Below are positions 43,237 to 61,388 of a DNA stretch of 64,000 nt, in pieces. The DNA comes from an uncultured delta proteobacterium (GTDB taxonomy: Bacteria; Myxococcota; Myxococcia; Myxococcales; Myxococcaceae). The position numbers and the translations under genes were made by a program. Numbering within the stretch: the first letter of the stretch is position 1; every line of letters starts with the position of its first letter. Below the pieces are notes generated by a model that worked only from the letters and a program-made list of their open reading frames with translations, made no database searches and was not told the origin of the DNA. Location of the stretch: the NCBI GenBank assembly GCA_963796055.1, contig CAWCKH010000004.1, positions 3,264,001-3,328,000 of the forward strand, given 5' to 3'.

Positions 43237-43401
43237 ATGCCGAAGGGAAACAGGAGCATCATCTCGCTCGAGTGTCCGGTGTGTAAGCGCCGGAACTACT
43301 CGACGACCAAGAACCGGCGGAAGAGCCAGGACAAGCTCGAGCTGAGCAAGTTCTGCCCCTGGTGCCGCAAGCATACGGACCACAAGGAAGGGAAGGTCTG
43401 A
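43237..43401 (+). CDS. rpmG: 50S ribosomal protein L33 (Zn-ribbon form)
   Basis: [16 protein letters not shown]...[14 protein letters not shown]. Confidence 0.95.
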   Translation: MPKGNRSIISLECPVCKRRNYSTTKNRRKSQDKLELSKFCPWCRKHTDHKEGKV

Positions 43402-43414
43402 CGAGCGCAGTTCT

Positions 43415-43487
43415 AGGCCAGTAGCTCCAACGGTAGAGCAGCGGTCTCCAAAACCGCGTGTTGGGGGTTCGAATCCCTCCTGGCCTG
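43415..43487 (+). tRNA. tRNA-Trp(CCA)
   Basis: GCGGT-CTCCAAA-ACCGC anticodon arm; canonical position before secE. Confidence 0.95.
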
Positions 43488-43509
43488 CAGCAGCCCTCTC
43501 GAGAACGCC

Positions 43510-43953
43510 ATGGCATCCAACGACGCCACCACGGTCGCCAACCGCAGCGCGATGACCCCCGAGCGTCTGGTGGTCATCTTCACCCTCTTCCTGGGCATCG
43601 TGCTGGTGCTGTGGCTGAAGCACGTCATCGCGCCGGTCTGGGTGGCGGTGGGTCTGCCCGACCGGCCGCTGATCGAGGGTGCGGAGGAGTGGACCTACAG
43701 CTCGCTGGTGGCGATCGTGATCGCCGTGGGGCTGCTGGGCGGGGCCTGGGCGAGCCCGCGGATCCGGCACCTGGCGCTGGAGACGGCCTCCGAGCTGATG
43801 CGGGTGACCTGGCCCAGCATCGGGGAGACGAAGGTGTCGACGGTGGCGGTGGTGGTGGCCTCGCTGGTGGCCGGGGTGGTGCTCTTCGCCATAGACACGC
43901 TGAGCTACAAGCTGATGGTGGAGTGGCTGCCCGCCCTGTGGGGGAAGCTGTGA
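43510..43953 (+). CDS. secE: Preprotein translocase SecE (3-TM form)
   Basis: ELMRVTWPS..ETKVSTVAV motif; position between tRNA-Trp and nusG. Confidence 0.92.
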   Translation: MASNDATTVANRSAMTPERLVVIFTLFLGIVLVLWLKHVIAPVWVAVGLPDRPLIEGAEEWTYSSLVAIVIAVGLLGGAWASPRIRHLALETASELMRVTWPSIGETKVSTVAVVVASLVAGVVLFAIDTLSYKLMVEWLPALWGKL

Positions 43954-44498
43954 TGGGCGAGAAGCGCTGGTACGCGGTCCATACCTACTCGGGCTTCGAG
44001 AACAAGGCGAAGAAGAGCCTGGAGGAGAAGATCCGGCTGGAGGGGCTCCAGGACTCGTTCGGGGAGATCCTGATCCCGGTGGAGCAGGTGGTGGAGATGG
44101 TGAAGGGGGAGAAGAAGACCTCCAAGCGGAAGTTCCTCCCCGGCTACATCCTGGTCCAGATGGAGATGAACGACCGGACCTGGCACCTGGTGAAGAACAC
44201 CCCCAAGGTGACGGGGTTCATCGGGGCCGCGGCCAACGAGCAGCCGCCGCCCATTCCCGACCGGGAGATGGAGCGGCTGACGACGCAGATCTCCGAGGGG
44301 ACGCTCAAGCCCAAGCCCAAGGTGCAGTTCGAGGAGGGCGACACCGTCCGGGTGATCGACGGCCCGTTCAGCAACTTCAACGGGACGGTGGAAGAGGTGA
44401 ACCCGGACAAGGGCCGGGTGAAGGTGCTGGTGTCCATCTTCGGCCGGGCGACCCCGGTGGAGCTGGACTTCATGCAGGTGGAGAAGACGAGCACGTAG
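43953..44498 (+). CDS. nusG: Transcription factor NusG
   Basis: [41 protein letters not shown]. Confidence 0.97.
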   Translation: MGEKRWYAVHTYSGFENKAKKSLEEKIRLEGLQDSFGEILIPVEQVVEMVKGEKKTSKRKFLPGYILVQMEMNDRTWHLVKNTPKVTGFIGAAANEQPPPIPDREMERLTTQISEGTLKPKPKVQFEEGDTVRVIDGPFSNFNGTVEEVNPDKGRVKVLVSIFGRATPVELDFMQVEKTST

Positions 44499-44552
44499 CT
44501 CGTGGAAGTGAAGTGGGCCGTCCGGGGCGCGTTGCTCCGGGACAGTGTTCGG

Positions 44553-44586
44553 CCGTGGGAGGGCAGCCCGCCCGCATGCACCACGG
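44553..44586 (+). promoter_or_regulatory. Putative L1-binding autoregulatory hairpin in the rplK leader
   Basis: CCGTGG-GAG-GGC...GCC-CGCATGCA-CCACGG stem with an asymmetric GGGAG loop directly before the rplK RBS. Confidence 0.55.
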
Positions 44587-44598
44587 TGAGGTGAGACG

Positions 44599-45045
44599 AT
44601 GAAGAAGGTCACCGGACAGGTGAAGCTGCAGATCCCTGCGGGCAAGGCCAACCCGGCCCCGCCCATCGGGCCGGCGCTCGGCCAGCAGGGCGTCAACATC
44701 ATGGAGTTCTGCAAGCAGTTCAACGCCCAGACCCAGGCGCAGGCGAAGGAGGGCCTGATCATCCCGGTGATCATCACCGTGTATCAGGACCGCTCGTTCA
44801 CCTTCGTGCTGAAGACGCCTCCGGCGGCGGTGCTGCTGAAGAAGGCGGCGGGGCTGCACACCGAGAAGAAGAAGGGCTCGGGGGCGCACAAGCCGGGCAA
44901 GGAGAAGGTGGGCCAGGTGAAGCGCAAGCAGCTGGAGGACATCGCCCGGCTGAAGATGCCGGACATGACCGCCGGCTCGCTCGAGGCGGCGATGAACACC
45001 ATCGCTGGAACCGCCCGCTCGATGGGCATCGACATCGTCGACTGA
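44599..45045 (+). CDS. rplK: 50S ribosomal protein L11
   Basis: [28 protein letters not shown]. Confidence 0.98.
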   Translation: MKKVTGQVKLQIPAGKANPAPPIGPALGQQGVNIMEFCKQFNAQTQAQAKEGLIIPVIITVYQDRSFTFVLKTPPAAVLLKKAAGLHTEKKKGSGAHKPGKEKVGQVKRKQLEDIARLKMPDMTAGSLEAAMNTIAGTARSMGIDIVD

Positions 45046-45068
45046 CGGCCCGCCCGGAGACTCCTGAC

Positions 45069-45785
45069 ATGACGACCAAGACTGCGAAGAAGTTCCGTGC
45101 CGCGGCCGAGCTGGTGGACCGCAACAAGCGCTACACCGTGGACGAGGCCTTCAAGCTGCTCAAGGAGACGGTGAGCAAGCGCGGGGTGAAGTTCGACCAG
45201 ACGGTGGACGTGGCGATCAACCTCGGGGTGGACCCCAAGCACGCCGACCAGATGGTGCGTGGCGCGGTGGTGCTCCCCAACGGCATCGGCAAGACGGTGC
45301 GGGTGGCGGTGTTCGCCAAGGGCGAGAAGCAGCGCGAGGCCCAGGACGCCGGCGCCGACGTGGTGGGCGAGGCCGACCTGGCCAAGCGGATCGAAGAAGG
45401 CTTCATGGACTTCGACACCGTCATCGCCACCCCGGACATGATGGGGGTGGTGGGGCGGCTGGGAAAGGTGCTCGGTCCCCGGGGCCTGATGCCGAACCCG
45501 AAGGTGGGAACGGTGACCGCGGACGTGGGCAAGGCGATCCGCGAGGCCAAGGGCGGCAAGGTGGAGTTCCGCGCCGAGAAGGCGGGCATCGTGCACGCTC
45601 CGGTGGGCAAGGCGTCGTTTCCGGCCGAGAAGCTGGCCGAGAACTTCAACGCGCTCATGGAGCTGGTGATGAAGCTCAAGCCGTCGACGGCCAAGGGCGT
45701 GTACCTGAAGGGCGCGACCATCAGCGCGACGATGACCCCCGGCATCAAGCTGGACGTGCAGGAGATCGGGGCGCGGTACCGGTAA
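45069..45785 (+). CDS. rplA: 50S ribosomal protein L1
   Basis: [25 protein letters not shown]. Confidence 0.98.
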   Translation: MTTKTAKKFRAAAELVDRNKRYTVDEAFKLLKETVSKRGVKFDQTVDVAINLGVDPKHADQMVRGAVVLPNGIGKTVRVAVFAKGEKQREAQDAGADVVGEADLAKRIEEGFMDFDTVIATPDMMGVVGRLGKVLGPRGLMPNPKVGTVTADVGKAIREAKGGKVEFRAEKAGIVHAPVGKASFPAEKLAENFNALMELVMKLKPSTAKGVYLKGATISATMTPGIKLDVQEIGARYR

Positions 45786-45991
45786 CACGCTGAGGCGCGG
45801 GTCCCGTCCGGCGTCATTCGGCCCATAGGAGACGGCGGGGCGACGGGTCGGGCGGCATTGCCTTAATCGCGCTGGCCTCACCCCGGCCCGTGGCGGGTTG
45901 CAACGGGTCGGTGCGAGTTGCGTCCCAAACGGTGGACTGCGCGGAGTTCCGCCTCGTCCGCGTAGACCCGAAGCAGGCGCGAGGGCGCGAC

Positions 45992-46234
45992 GCGGGAACG
46001 CTGGATTGCATTCCAGGTCCCGAAACAATCTCTCAGCCCGGAGGGGGTCGCGGGCAGCGGTCCTCTCAGGTCGCGAAGTGCGGGCCCGGGAACGTGGAAT
46101 CCGATTTGGGGATGCCCAGTGCAATTCCACGTTCCGAAGCGGACCCTTCCACGTACGAGAAGTGCGCTCCCGCCCGACCCCCCTGCCCAAGGGACAGATC
46201 GTTTCGGAACGCCTCATGCAATTCCACGTTCCGC
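45992..46234. repeat. Imperfect inverted repeat of about 240 nt; each arm is bounded by a GGAACGTGGAATTGCA-like motif
   Basis: TGCAATTCCACGTTCCG occurs exactly at 46120-46136 and 46217-46233, with degenerate inverse copies at 45995-46010 and 46089-46100. Intervening blocks (CCGAAAC.ATCT.TC, AGGGGGTCG, AGCG, TCTC) also pair across a GATG loop at 46111-46114. Confidence 0.8.
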
Positions 46235-46498
46235 ATTGTCACCCGACGCGGGGATTTCCGGGCTCTCGAGAGTAGGGCTGTCCGCGCCGCCGGACTCGCG
46301 TGCGACGGCCCCCTGTGACAACCCGCCCGCGGCGCGAGGCTCGAGGCCAGCGGGGAGCGGCACGGCGCGGAGACTCGCCCCGCCCTGCGTCCTGTCCGGG
46401 CCGAGGCACGGCGCTCGAGTCCCGAGAGGCCGGATCAGGCGGAGCGGAAGCTCAGCTACCGTTGAGCCATCGGGATCTCGACCCCGAGCTTCTGCTCG

Positions 46499-46995
46499 GC
46501 CAACCGGGCCCGCCTCCACGACTGCCACGTCGTAACCGTGTTCCTGCACCGAGTTGGGCAAGACGTCGAGGTACCGGCTGAGGGCGATGTCGCCCGGGTT
46601 CTTCAGAACCGATCCATCCGGGCAGATCGCGAGCGGAAGATCCTCGGGCCGCGAGACATGGCGGCCCGCCAGCGCCAGGGCCTCGGCGCTCGTCTCGGGG
46701 TCGAGCAGCCGGTGAGGGTACCCGCTACGAAGCAGGAATTCTTGAAGCCGCCGCACCCGGGGATGGGAGGCCGAGCCGACGAGCACCGGCCCGCCGATTC
46801 CGAGAGCCTGGGCACCGACGCGCCGGAGCATGAGCGCTCGCAGGATTCGCTCGCCCAGCTCGACCTCGGCCAGGAGCAAGGCCCGGAGCCCATCAGGCGG
46901 GAGCACCACCGCCTCCACCGGTCCCACCGCCCTCCCGTTCACGATGGAGCGCGCCCCCGAGAGATTCCCCCACGTCCCCAAGGAAGGGCCCCGGA
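46499..46995 (-). pseudogene. Internal fragment of a cNMP-binding/thioredoxin-reductase-like FAD oxidoreductase
   Basis: LRALLLAEVELGERILRALMLRR, GGPVLVG, LQEFL.R.GYPH, LPLAICPDGSVLKNP, YDVAVVEAGPVG (decayed GAGPAG); no start codon, frameshift near 46968, homology stops at the FAD loop. Confidence 0.75.
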
Positions 46996-47496
46996 TCAGG
47001 CGGGCCGGAAGGTGAGCGCGACCCCGTTCATGCAGTAGCGCAGTCCCGTCGGCGGCGGCCCGTCCTCGAACACGTGGCCCAGGTGCCCTCCGCAGCGGCG
47101 GCAATGCACCTCGGTGCGGACCATCAGGAAGCTGCGGTCCTCGGTGGTCCCCACGGCGTCCGGCAGCGGCGCGTAGAAGCTCGGCCACCCGGTGTGGCTG
47201 TCGTACTTGGTCTTCGAGGAGAACAGGGGCAGGGCACAGCCCGCGCAGAGGAACGTTCCCCCGCGGTGCTCACCGAGCAACGTGCTCGTCCCGGCCCGCT
47301 CGGTGCCATCGTGCCGCAGGACCTCGTAGGCAGCGGGAGAGAGGATCGCCTTCCACTCCGCATCGGTCTTCTCGACCTCGAACCGCTTGCCGGATTTCGC
47401 CGGCGAGGCAGCATGGCTTCGCCGGACGAGCCCGAGCACTCCGAACGCTCCGAGCGCGAGCGCGCGCCCGAGCAGATCGCGACGGGAGACGCTCAC
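46996..47496 (-). CDS. msrB: Peptide-methionine (R)-S-oxide reductase with Tat signal
   Basis: SRRDLL twin-arginine signal; [40 protein letters not shown]. Confidence 0.95.
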   Translation of the reverse strand: MSVSRRDLLGRALALGAFGVLGLVRRSHAASPAKSGKRFEVEKTDAEWKAILSPAAYEVLRHDGTERAGTSTLLGEHRGGTFLCAGCALPLFSSKTKYDSHTGWPSFYAPLPDAVGTTEDRSFLMVRTEVHCRRCGGHLGHVFEDGPPPTGLRYCMNGVALTFRPA

Positions 47497-48149
47497 GTCC
47501 CGCTCCGGGTCTTGGCATGCCGGGGCAGGGGGCACGACTCGTACCCGTGCTTCTCGTCCCACTGCTGGTGGTAATCCTCGGCCTTCCAGAACGGGGCGGC
47601 GGGGACGATCTCGGTGGTGATCTTGTCCACGAGCTTCTTCTGCTCCGCATCGCGGGAGGCGAGCGCCTGGGCCTGCTGCTCCTGGCCAAAATAAAAGATC
47701 GCGGAGCGGTACTGCGAGCCCACGTCCGGTCCCTGCCGGTTGCCGCTCGTCGAGTCGTGCGAGCTCCAGAAGATCTCGAGCAGCCGCGCGTAGCTCACCT
47801 TCGCCGGGTCGAACTCGACGAGGACGGACTCGGCGTGCCCCGTCCCGTGGTCGCCGACCTGCTCGTACGTCGGGTTGGCGGTGTGCCCGCCGCTGTAGCC
47901 GACCGCGGTCGCGACCACGCCCGGGACCTGGCGGAACCGGTACTCGGTCCCCCAGAAGCAGCCCTGGGCGAAGATCGCCAGCTGGTGGCCAGGGGCCGGC
48001 TTCAGCGGTGTGCCGGCCCCGGCCCCGCCCGGATTGGTGCCGACGGGCAGGGGAACGACCCGCTTCTCGGATCCGGCGGCCAGCGGTCCTCGAAATAGGA
48101 TGGCAAGAACGAACGCTGCGGCGAGGGGGATGATCAGGGCGGGGCGCAT
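47493..48149 (-). CDS. msrA: Peptide-methionine (S)-S-oxide reductase with N-terminal signal/anchor
   Basis: [29 protein letters not shown]; hydrophobic N-terminus. Confidence 0.95.
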   Translation of the reverse strand: MRPALIIPLAAAFVLAILFRGPLAAGSEKRVVPLPVGTNPGGAGAGTPLKPAPGHQLAIFAQGCFWGTEYRFRQVPGVVATAVGYSGGHTANPTYEQVGDHGTGHAESVLVEFDPAKVSYARLLEIFWSSHDSTSGNRQGPDVGSQYRSAIFYFGQEQQAQALASRDAEQKKLVDKITTEIVPAAPFWKAEDYHQQWDEKHGYESCPLPRHAKTRSGT

Positions 48150-48407
48150 GATGAAAGGAGTACGCGCGAGATCCCCCTCCGGTCACGCAGGGAGCCGAAC
48201 CCCCGAAGAGCGCTAAGACATCGTCGAGGGCCGGCCGGCGAATGAGCGTGGGCATGGCTGCTCGCCTGGAAGAGCTCAGGGGCGGCTGCTGATCCGGAGA
48301 AACGAGTTCCCTGAGACGTCGTCGAGCGCCTTGCGTGGCGCGTCGGCTGTCTTACGCTACACGGTGGCGTGCGTGTCCCCCTGCCGGACCGACCGCCCGG
48401 GCGGGCT

Positions 48408-48436
48408 TTGACATCCGGCCCACCCCTTGCTAGATG
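48408..48436 (+). promoter_or_regulatory. Sigma70-type promoter of the rplJL-rpoBC operon
   Basis: TTGACA-N17-TAGATG with a TG extended -10, upstream of the L10 leader. Confidence 0.6.
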
Positions 48437-48471
48437 CGCCGGTTCCGCCGGGCTAAACCCCGGCAACCCCC

Positions 48472-48556
48472 TGGTCCAAGACCGCAGGGACGGGTGCGAC
48501 TCCCGTCGAAATGGAGGCTGGCGACGGCCACGACCTCCGGCCCTGCCGAGACGAAG
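48472..48556 (+). promoter_or_regulatory. L10 leader (rplJ autoregulatory RNA)
   Basis: CCAAGACCGCAGG...CCTGCCGAGAC signature upstream of rplJ. Confidence 0.75.
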
Positions 48557-48707
48557 GGAGCGCTGGGCCCTGGACGCAGGGACCCGGGACGCGAGGTCCA
48601 GCCTCGCACAAGACGGGCGCCGTGAGGCGTCCCTCTCGCTCTTGCCACTCTGGCTCAGGGCAGCACGCCAGGCCCGCACGGCCCGGCACGATGGGAGGTG
48701 AGACAGA

Positions 48708-49235
48708 GTGGAGAAGAGCGAGAAGGAAGTGATGATCAAGGAGCTGAACGAGAAGTTCGCCCGGGCCCGGACGGCCATCGTGGCGGAGTTCTCGAAGCTC
48801 AACGTGGAGACCGTCACCCGGCTGCGGAAGAAGTTCCGCGACTCGGGGGTGGACTACAAGGTTCTGAAGAACACGCTCGCCAAGCGGGCGGCCAAGGGCA
48901 CGCCTGTCGAGGTGGTGAGCGACGACTTCACCGGTCCTGTGGCGATCGCCATCGGGTACGACGACGTGGTCGTCCCGGCGAAGATCCTCCAGGAGTTCAT
49001 CAAGGACCTCGAGACCATCAAGGTCCGGAGCGCCGTCGTCGAGGGCAAGAAGGTCAACGCCGCAGGCGTGGCCGCACTGGCGAAGATGCCCGGGCTGCCC
49101 GAGCTCCGGGCGAAGATCCTCGGGATGCTCAACCAGCCGGCGGGCAAGCTCGCCCGGACGGTGGCCGAGCCAGGAAGCCGCCTCGCCCGCCTGATCAAGG
49201 CCCGGGCAGAGGCCTTGGAGAAGCAAAGTTCATAG
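48708..49235 (+). CDS. rplJ: 50S ribosomal protein L10
   Basis: YKVLKNTLAKRA, FTGPVAIA; GGGAGG RBS before the GTG. Confidence 0.96.
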   Translation: MEKSEKEVMIKELNEKFARARTAIVAEFSKLNVETVTRLRKKFRDSGVDYKVLKNTLAKRAAKGTPVEVVSDDFTGPVAIAIGYDDVVVPAKILQEFIKDLETIKVRSAVVEGKKVNAAGVAALAKMPGLPELRAKILGMLNQPAGKLARTVAEPGSRLARLIKARAEALEKQSS

Positions 49236-49316
49236 CAGCGATAAGATTTATAACCCACTCACTGGGAACGGCTCTGCTGCGCAGAGTCAAGTCCCGTTAA
49301 GAGGCTGAATTTCGCC

Positions 49317-49697
49317 ATGGCAGACCTGAATCAGATCGTCGACTCGCTGTCCTCCCTCACGGTGATGGAGGCCGCCGAGCTCGTGAAGAAGCTCGAGGAG
49401 AAGTGGGGCGTGTCCGCCGCCGCCGTCGCCGTTGCGGCGCCCGGCGCTGGTGGGGGTGCCGCCGCTGCTGCTCCCGCCGAGGAGAAGACCGAGTTCACGG
49501 TCGTCCTCGCCAACGCCGGTGCCAACAAGATCAACGTCATCAAGGAGATCCGCGCCATCACCGGGCTGGGCCTGAAGGAGGCCAAGGACCTGGTCGAGGG
49601 TGCTCCGAAGACGGTGAAGGAAGGCGTCAACAAGGACGACGCCAAGAAGATCAAGGACCAGCTCACCGCCGCTGGCGCCACCGTCGAGGTCAAGTAG
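49317..49697 (+). CDS. rplL: 50S ribosomal protein L7/L12
   Basis: [34 protein letters not shown]. Confidence 0.98.
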   Translation: MADLNQIVDSLSSLTVMEAAELVKKLEEKWGVSAAAVAVAAPGAGGGAAAAAPAEEKTEFTVVLANAGANKINVIKEIRAITGLGLKEAKDLVEGAPKTVKEGVNKDDAKKIKDQLTAAGATVEVK

Positions 49698-49853
49698 TCG
49701 CCTGCGCCGTTCGCGCGCGCGCCGGGGCCCACGTCCCCCGGCGCCCTCGCTCCGCGCTCTGTTCCGCTTGGCGTGCCGGCGTTCTCCTCCATCCTGGAGG
49801 GACGCCGGCATCGCCCTTTTGAGAAACCTGCTTCCCGCCGTCAGGAAGACCGA

Positions 49854-54065
<4,212 letters not shown>

Positions 54066-54107
54066 TCAGCCGGCGCCCCCGCACAACCCTTATGTTTTTG
54101 GAGGCAA

Positions 54108-58326
<4,219 letters not shown>

Positions 58327-58853
58327 GCGCCCGGCGTCACCGAGCAGTGAACGAGGCCGTCCCCGTGGTCGCGCGGGGGCGGCCTCACTCTTTCGAGTGC
58401 CGGTTGTCATCGCTGGACGTGTCGGCGATCGCCCTTGCCCTCGAGAGGGCGCTGCGGAGCCGAGACGATGTGATCGTTCGACCGCGCCGGCGCGATCTTC
58501 CGGTCACACCCGTGCGCGCGGGCGTGCACACCCGGTGCGCCGTCGAGCGTGGACAAGCCCGTGACTCCACGGGGTCCGCCGGCGAGCGTGCTGTCAGGCG
58601 GTGCCGCGATGGCGTACATCGAGGGAGTGACGTACGCCCGTCAGCAGCTGGGGAGGCCGGTGGGCGTGGTCGCGCCCATCGCTCCGAGCATCGGCTCGCC
58701 GGACGGGGGCACCCCACCGGGGCGGTAAGCGAGGCGTCCATCGCGGCGGAGACCGAGTCCGCCGACGGGGCGATCGGAACGTCCGACGAACTGCGCTCGT
58801 GCGCCCTTTCGTTCGGGTTACCCTCCGGATCCGTGAAGTCTGCCCGGTGGCCC

Positions 58854-59508
58854 ATGGGGAGCGCGCCGCGGCTGGGTCATGCGCTGCTCCTGGCCGTCCT
58901 GCTGGCGCTGACGCGCGTCGCCGGCTTCGTGGTGCTCGCGCGACTGACCGGACGGGGCGATCTGGAGACGATCGACGCCTGGACCTTCGCCGCGCTCCTC
59001 GTGGCCAGCGTGCTCTCGGTGGGCGGGATCATCGGGCTGGGGCTCCTCGTCTGGGGCCGGTTGTCGCTCGGTGAGCTCGGGTGGAGCACGGCTCGGCTCG
59101 GGCCGGACCTCGCGCGCGGGCTGCTCGGAGGCGCCGCCTGCTGCGGCATCGTGCTCCTCTTCCAGATGGCCGCGGGGGCGAGCGCGTCCGAGGTCCTCGA
59201 GGGCTGGTGGGCCGTGCCGCCGCTGGAGCGGCTCCTCACCGTGCTCGTCGGGGTCGAGGCTGCTCTGACAGAGGAAACGCCGTTCCGGGGTTACCTCCAG
59301 CCGACACTCCAGCGCATGCTCGGCCGGGAGCCGGCCTGCTCCTCACCGCCCTGGTCTTCGCCGCCTACCATCTGCGGTTCGGGCCTGGGGGTTCCTCGCG
59401 AAGACCGCGTTCGGACTGGTGTTCGGCCTTCTCCGGGACCGGACCAGACGGCTGGTGTCACCGGCCTTCGCGCACTGGATCAGCTGGACTGTCATGGGCG
59501 TCCACTGA
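58854..59508 (+). pseudogene. CPBP/CAAX (Abi) intramembrane protease with two frameshifts (decay or read errors)
   Basis: EETPFRGYLQ in one frame, TALVFAAYH in a second (shift near 59325), FGLVFGLLR...PAFAHW in a third (shift near 59385). Confidence 0.7.
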
Positions 59509-59580
59509 CGGGCGCTGTACCGGTCCCGGAGGTGCCACCGCGCCCGTTTCGTGGCAAATGGGTCCTTCCGGAGGTTGTCC

Positions 59581-60048
59581 ATGCTCGGGGTGGGTGACAC
59601 GGCGCCGGAGTTCGAGGCGCGCGACTGTCAGGGTCGGGCCGTTCGCCTCGGAGACTACCGAGGCAGGCGGCTGGTCCTCTTCTTCTTCCCCAAGGCCTTC
59701 ACCGCCGGGTGCACCGAGGAGATCCGCCACTTCCGCGACAACCAGGCCCGCATCCGCGGCCTCGGCGGCGAGCTGATCGGAGTCTCGGTGGACAAGCCCG
59801 AGGTGCAATGCGATTTCGCGCGGAGCGAGAAGATCGAGTATCCGCTCCTGGGCGACAGCGACCGGAAGATCAGCGAGAAGTTCGGCGTGCTCTGGCCCCT
59901 GGTCCGCATCAACCGCCGGGTGACCTTCATCGTTTCGCCCGAGGGACGGATCGAGGAGGTCATCCAGCACGAGCGCCAGGTGTGGCGGCACCTGGACGAC
60001 GTCATCACCGCGCTCGAGCGCCGGGTCGGGACTCCGGCGACCGCGTGA
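59581..60048 (+). CDS. bcp: Peroxiredoxin (BCP/PrxQ family)
   Basis: GDTAPEF, LFFFPKAFTAGCTEE (PxxxTxxC), GVSVD, RVTFIV. Confidence 0.92.
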   Translation: MLGVGDTAPEFEARDCQGRAVRLGDYRGRRLVLFFFPKAFTAGCTEEIRHFRDNQARIRGLGGELIGVSVDKPEVQCDFARSEKIEYPLLGDSDRKISEKFGVLWPLVRINRRVTFIVSPEGRIEEVIQHERQVWRHLDDVITALERRVGTPATA

Positions 60049-60090
60049 GCGGTCCCCAGGCCCCGACGGTCGCGGCGCTCCCGGTGCTCC

Positions 60091-60468
60091 TCAGGGAGGA
60101 ACCGGAACCGCGCAGCTCTGCAGAGCCTCTGGCCGGTTCTTCGCCACCAGGGTCCAGCGGTCCACCGACTTGCCCGTCGTCTCGTCGAAGGTGGGGGTCC
60201 CGCCGGCATACATGGTCCCGGTCGGGTTCCCGTAGGGGTCCAGGCCGTGCCCGTTCAGCCACTTCTCCACGCAGTCGGTCTGCTTGGCGTCGAGCTGGAT
60301 GCGCGGTGCCGGCGTCGGAGCGGAAGCGGCGGAGCGCTCGGGCGTCGGTGACGGTCGAGCTGCAGGGGGAGCGGTCGCGGGTGGAGGGGGCGCGCTCGCT
60401 TCGTGCGAGGTCGACGGACGACATGCGGCCGCGGCGAGGAGCAGGACCGGGAGCAGGGCAGGGCGCAT
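60091..60468 (-). CDS. Small lipoprotein, hypothetical
   Basis: MRPALLPVLLLAAAA-C lipobox, Pro-rich linker, compact domain (CVEKWL..HGLDPYGNP.GTMYAGGTP.FDE.TG...C). Confidence 0.7.
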   Translation of the reverse strand: MRPALLPVLLLAAAACRPSTSHEASAPPPPATAPPAARPSPTPERSAASAPTPAPRIQLDAKQTDCVEKWLNGHGLDPYGNPTGTMYAGGTPTFDETTGKSVDRWTLVAKNRPEALQSCAVPVPP

Positions 60469-60489
60469 GTGACGTACCCTAGTCGACCG

Positions 60490-61149
60490 ATGCTCGGGGC
60501 GACGGTGATCATCGGCATGGGGGGGCTCGGGTGTCCGGCGGCGGTGGCGCTCGCCGGGGCCGGAGCGCGCCGGCTCACGCTCGTCGACCCCGACCGCGTC
60601 GAGAGCTCGAACCTCCACCGACAGCCCCTGTACGGGCCCGAGGACGTCGGTCGATTCAAGGTTCACGTCGCCCGGGAGCGGCTCGCCCGGGCGTACCCGG
60701 GCCTGGAGGTCGAGACCTGGGTCCAGCGGGTCGGTCCGGCCGAGGCGGAGGCGCTCCTGTCCCGGCACGCCCTGGGCATCGACGGCACCGACTCGGTCGA
60801 GGCCAAATTCCAGATGTCCGACGCGGTGGCCCGCACCGGAACGCCGCTCGTCTCGGGCGGGGTGGTCCAGTGGGGCGGCCAGGCGATGCGCATCGACCCC
60901 GGTGGCGCCTGTCTGCGGTGTCTCTACGGCACCCCCCCACGCGAGGACGAGGTCCCCACCTGCGCCCGGGCCGGTGTGCTCGGCTCGGTGGCCGGCGTTC
61001 TCGGCGCGCTCCAGGCTTCCCTGGCGCTCGGACCACCGTCACCCGCCGGACGGAGCACCCTGCACGTGGTCGACGGACGGAGCCTGCGGTTCCGGACGCT
61101 CACCATCCGGCGCGTGCCCGGCTGCTCGGGATGTGGAGCACGGGCATGA
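60490..61149 (+). CDS. ThiF/MoeB/HesA (E1-like) adenylyltransferase lacking the N-terminal RYxRQ helix
   Basis: IGMGGLG, DPDRVESSNLHRQ, GRFKV, DGTD, CLRC, PTCARAGV (catalytic-Cys position), CSGC; start 60469 or 60490. Confidence 0.9.
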   Translation: MLGATVIIGMGGLGCPAAVALAGAGARRLTLVDPDRVESSNLHRQPLYGPEDVGRFKVHVARERLARAYPGLEVETWVQRVGPAEAEALLSRHALGIDGTDSVEAKFQMSDAVARTGTPLVSGGVVQWGGQAMRIDPGGACLRCLYGTPPREDEVPTCARAGVLGSVAGVLGALQASLALGPPSPAGRSTLHVVDGRSLRFRTLTIRRVPGCSGCGARA

Positions 61150-61388
61150 CACCGGACGCGCGCATCGACATCACCGCCGAGGTCTGCCCGATGACCTTCG
61201 TGCGCACCAAGATTGCCCTCGAACGGCTGCCGGTCGGCGGCGTCCTCGAGGTCCGGCTGAAGGGAGACGAGCCGCTGCGGAACGTCCCCCACAGCGCCCG
61301 GGACCAGGGGCACACCGTGCTCGGGCTCGAGCCGCTCGGGGACGGAACCTGGCGGCTCCTCCTCCGCCGCGAGGGCGGCAGGTGCTGA
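61146..61388 (+). CDS. tusA: TusA/SirA-family sulfur carrier
   Basis: IDITAEVCPMTFVRTKIAL CPx motif, GVLEV, EPLRNVP; ATG overlaps the ThiF stop. Confidence 0.88.
   Translation: MTPDARIDITAEVCPMTFVRTKIALERLPVGGVLEVRLKGDEPLRNVPHSARDQGHTVLGLEPLGDGTWRLLLRREGGRC

Noticed and set aside
46089..46233. parS sites (TTCCACGT / ACGTGGAA half-matches)
   Set aside because: Only half of the palindromic GTTCCACGTGGAAC-type parS is present in each copy; the other half reads TCCG.
45992..46234. CRISPR array
   Set aside because: The repeats are only 16-17 nt, occur in both orientations, and have ~80-nt spacers that are homologous to each other; there are no cas genes.
58327..58853. Possible small gene or remnant after rpoC (e.g. 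MAYIEGVTYARQQLG..., 58609-58728)
   Set aside because: Short, with no clear RBS and no recognisable family; competing ORFs on both strands are equally weak.
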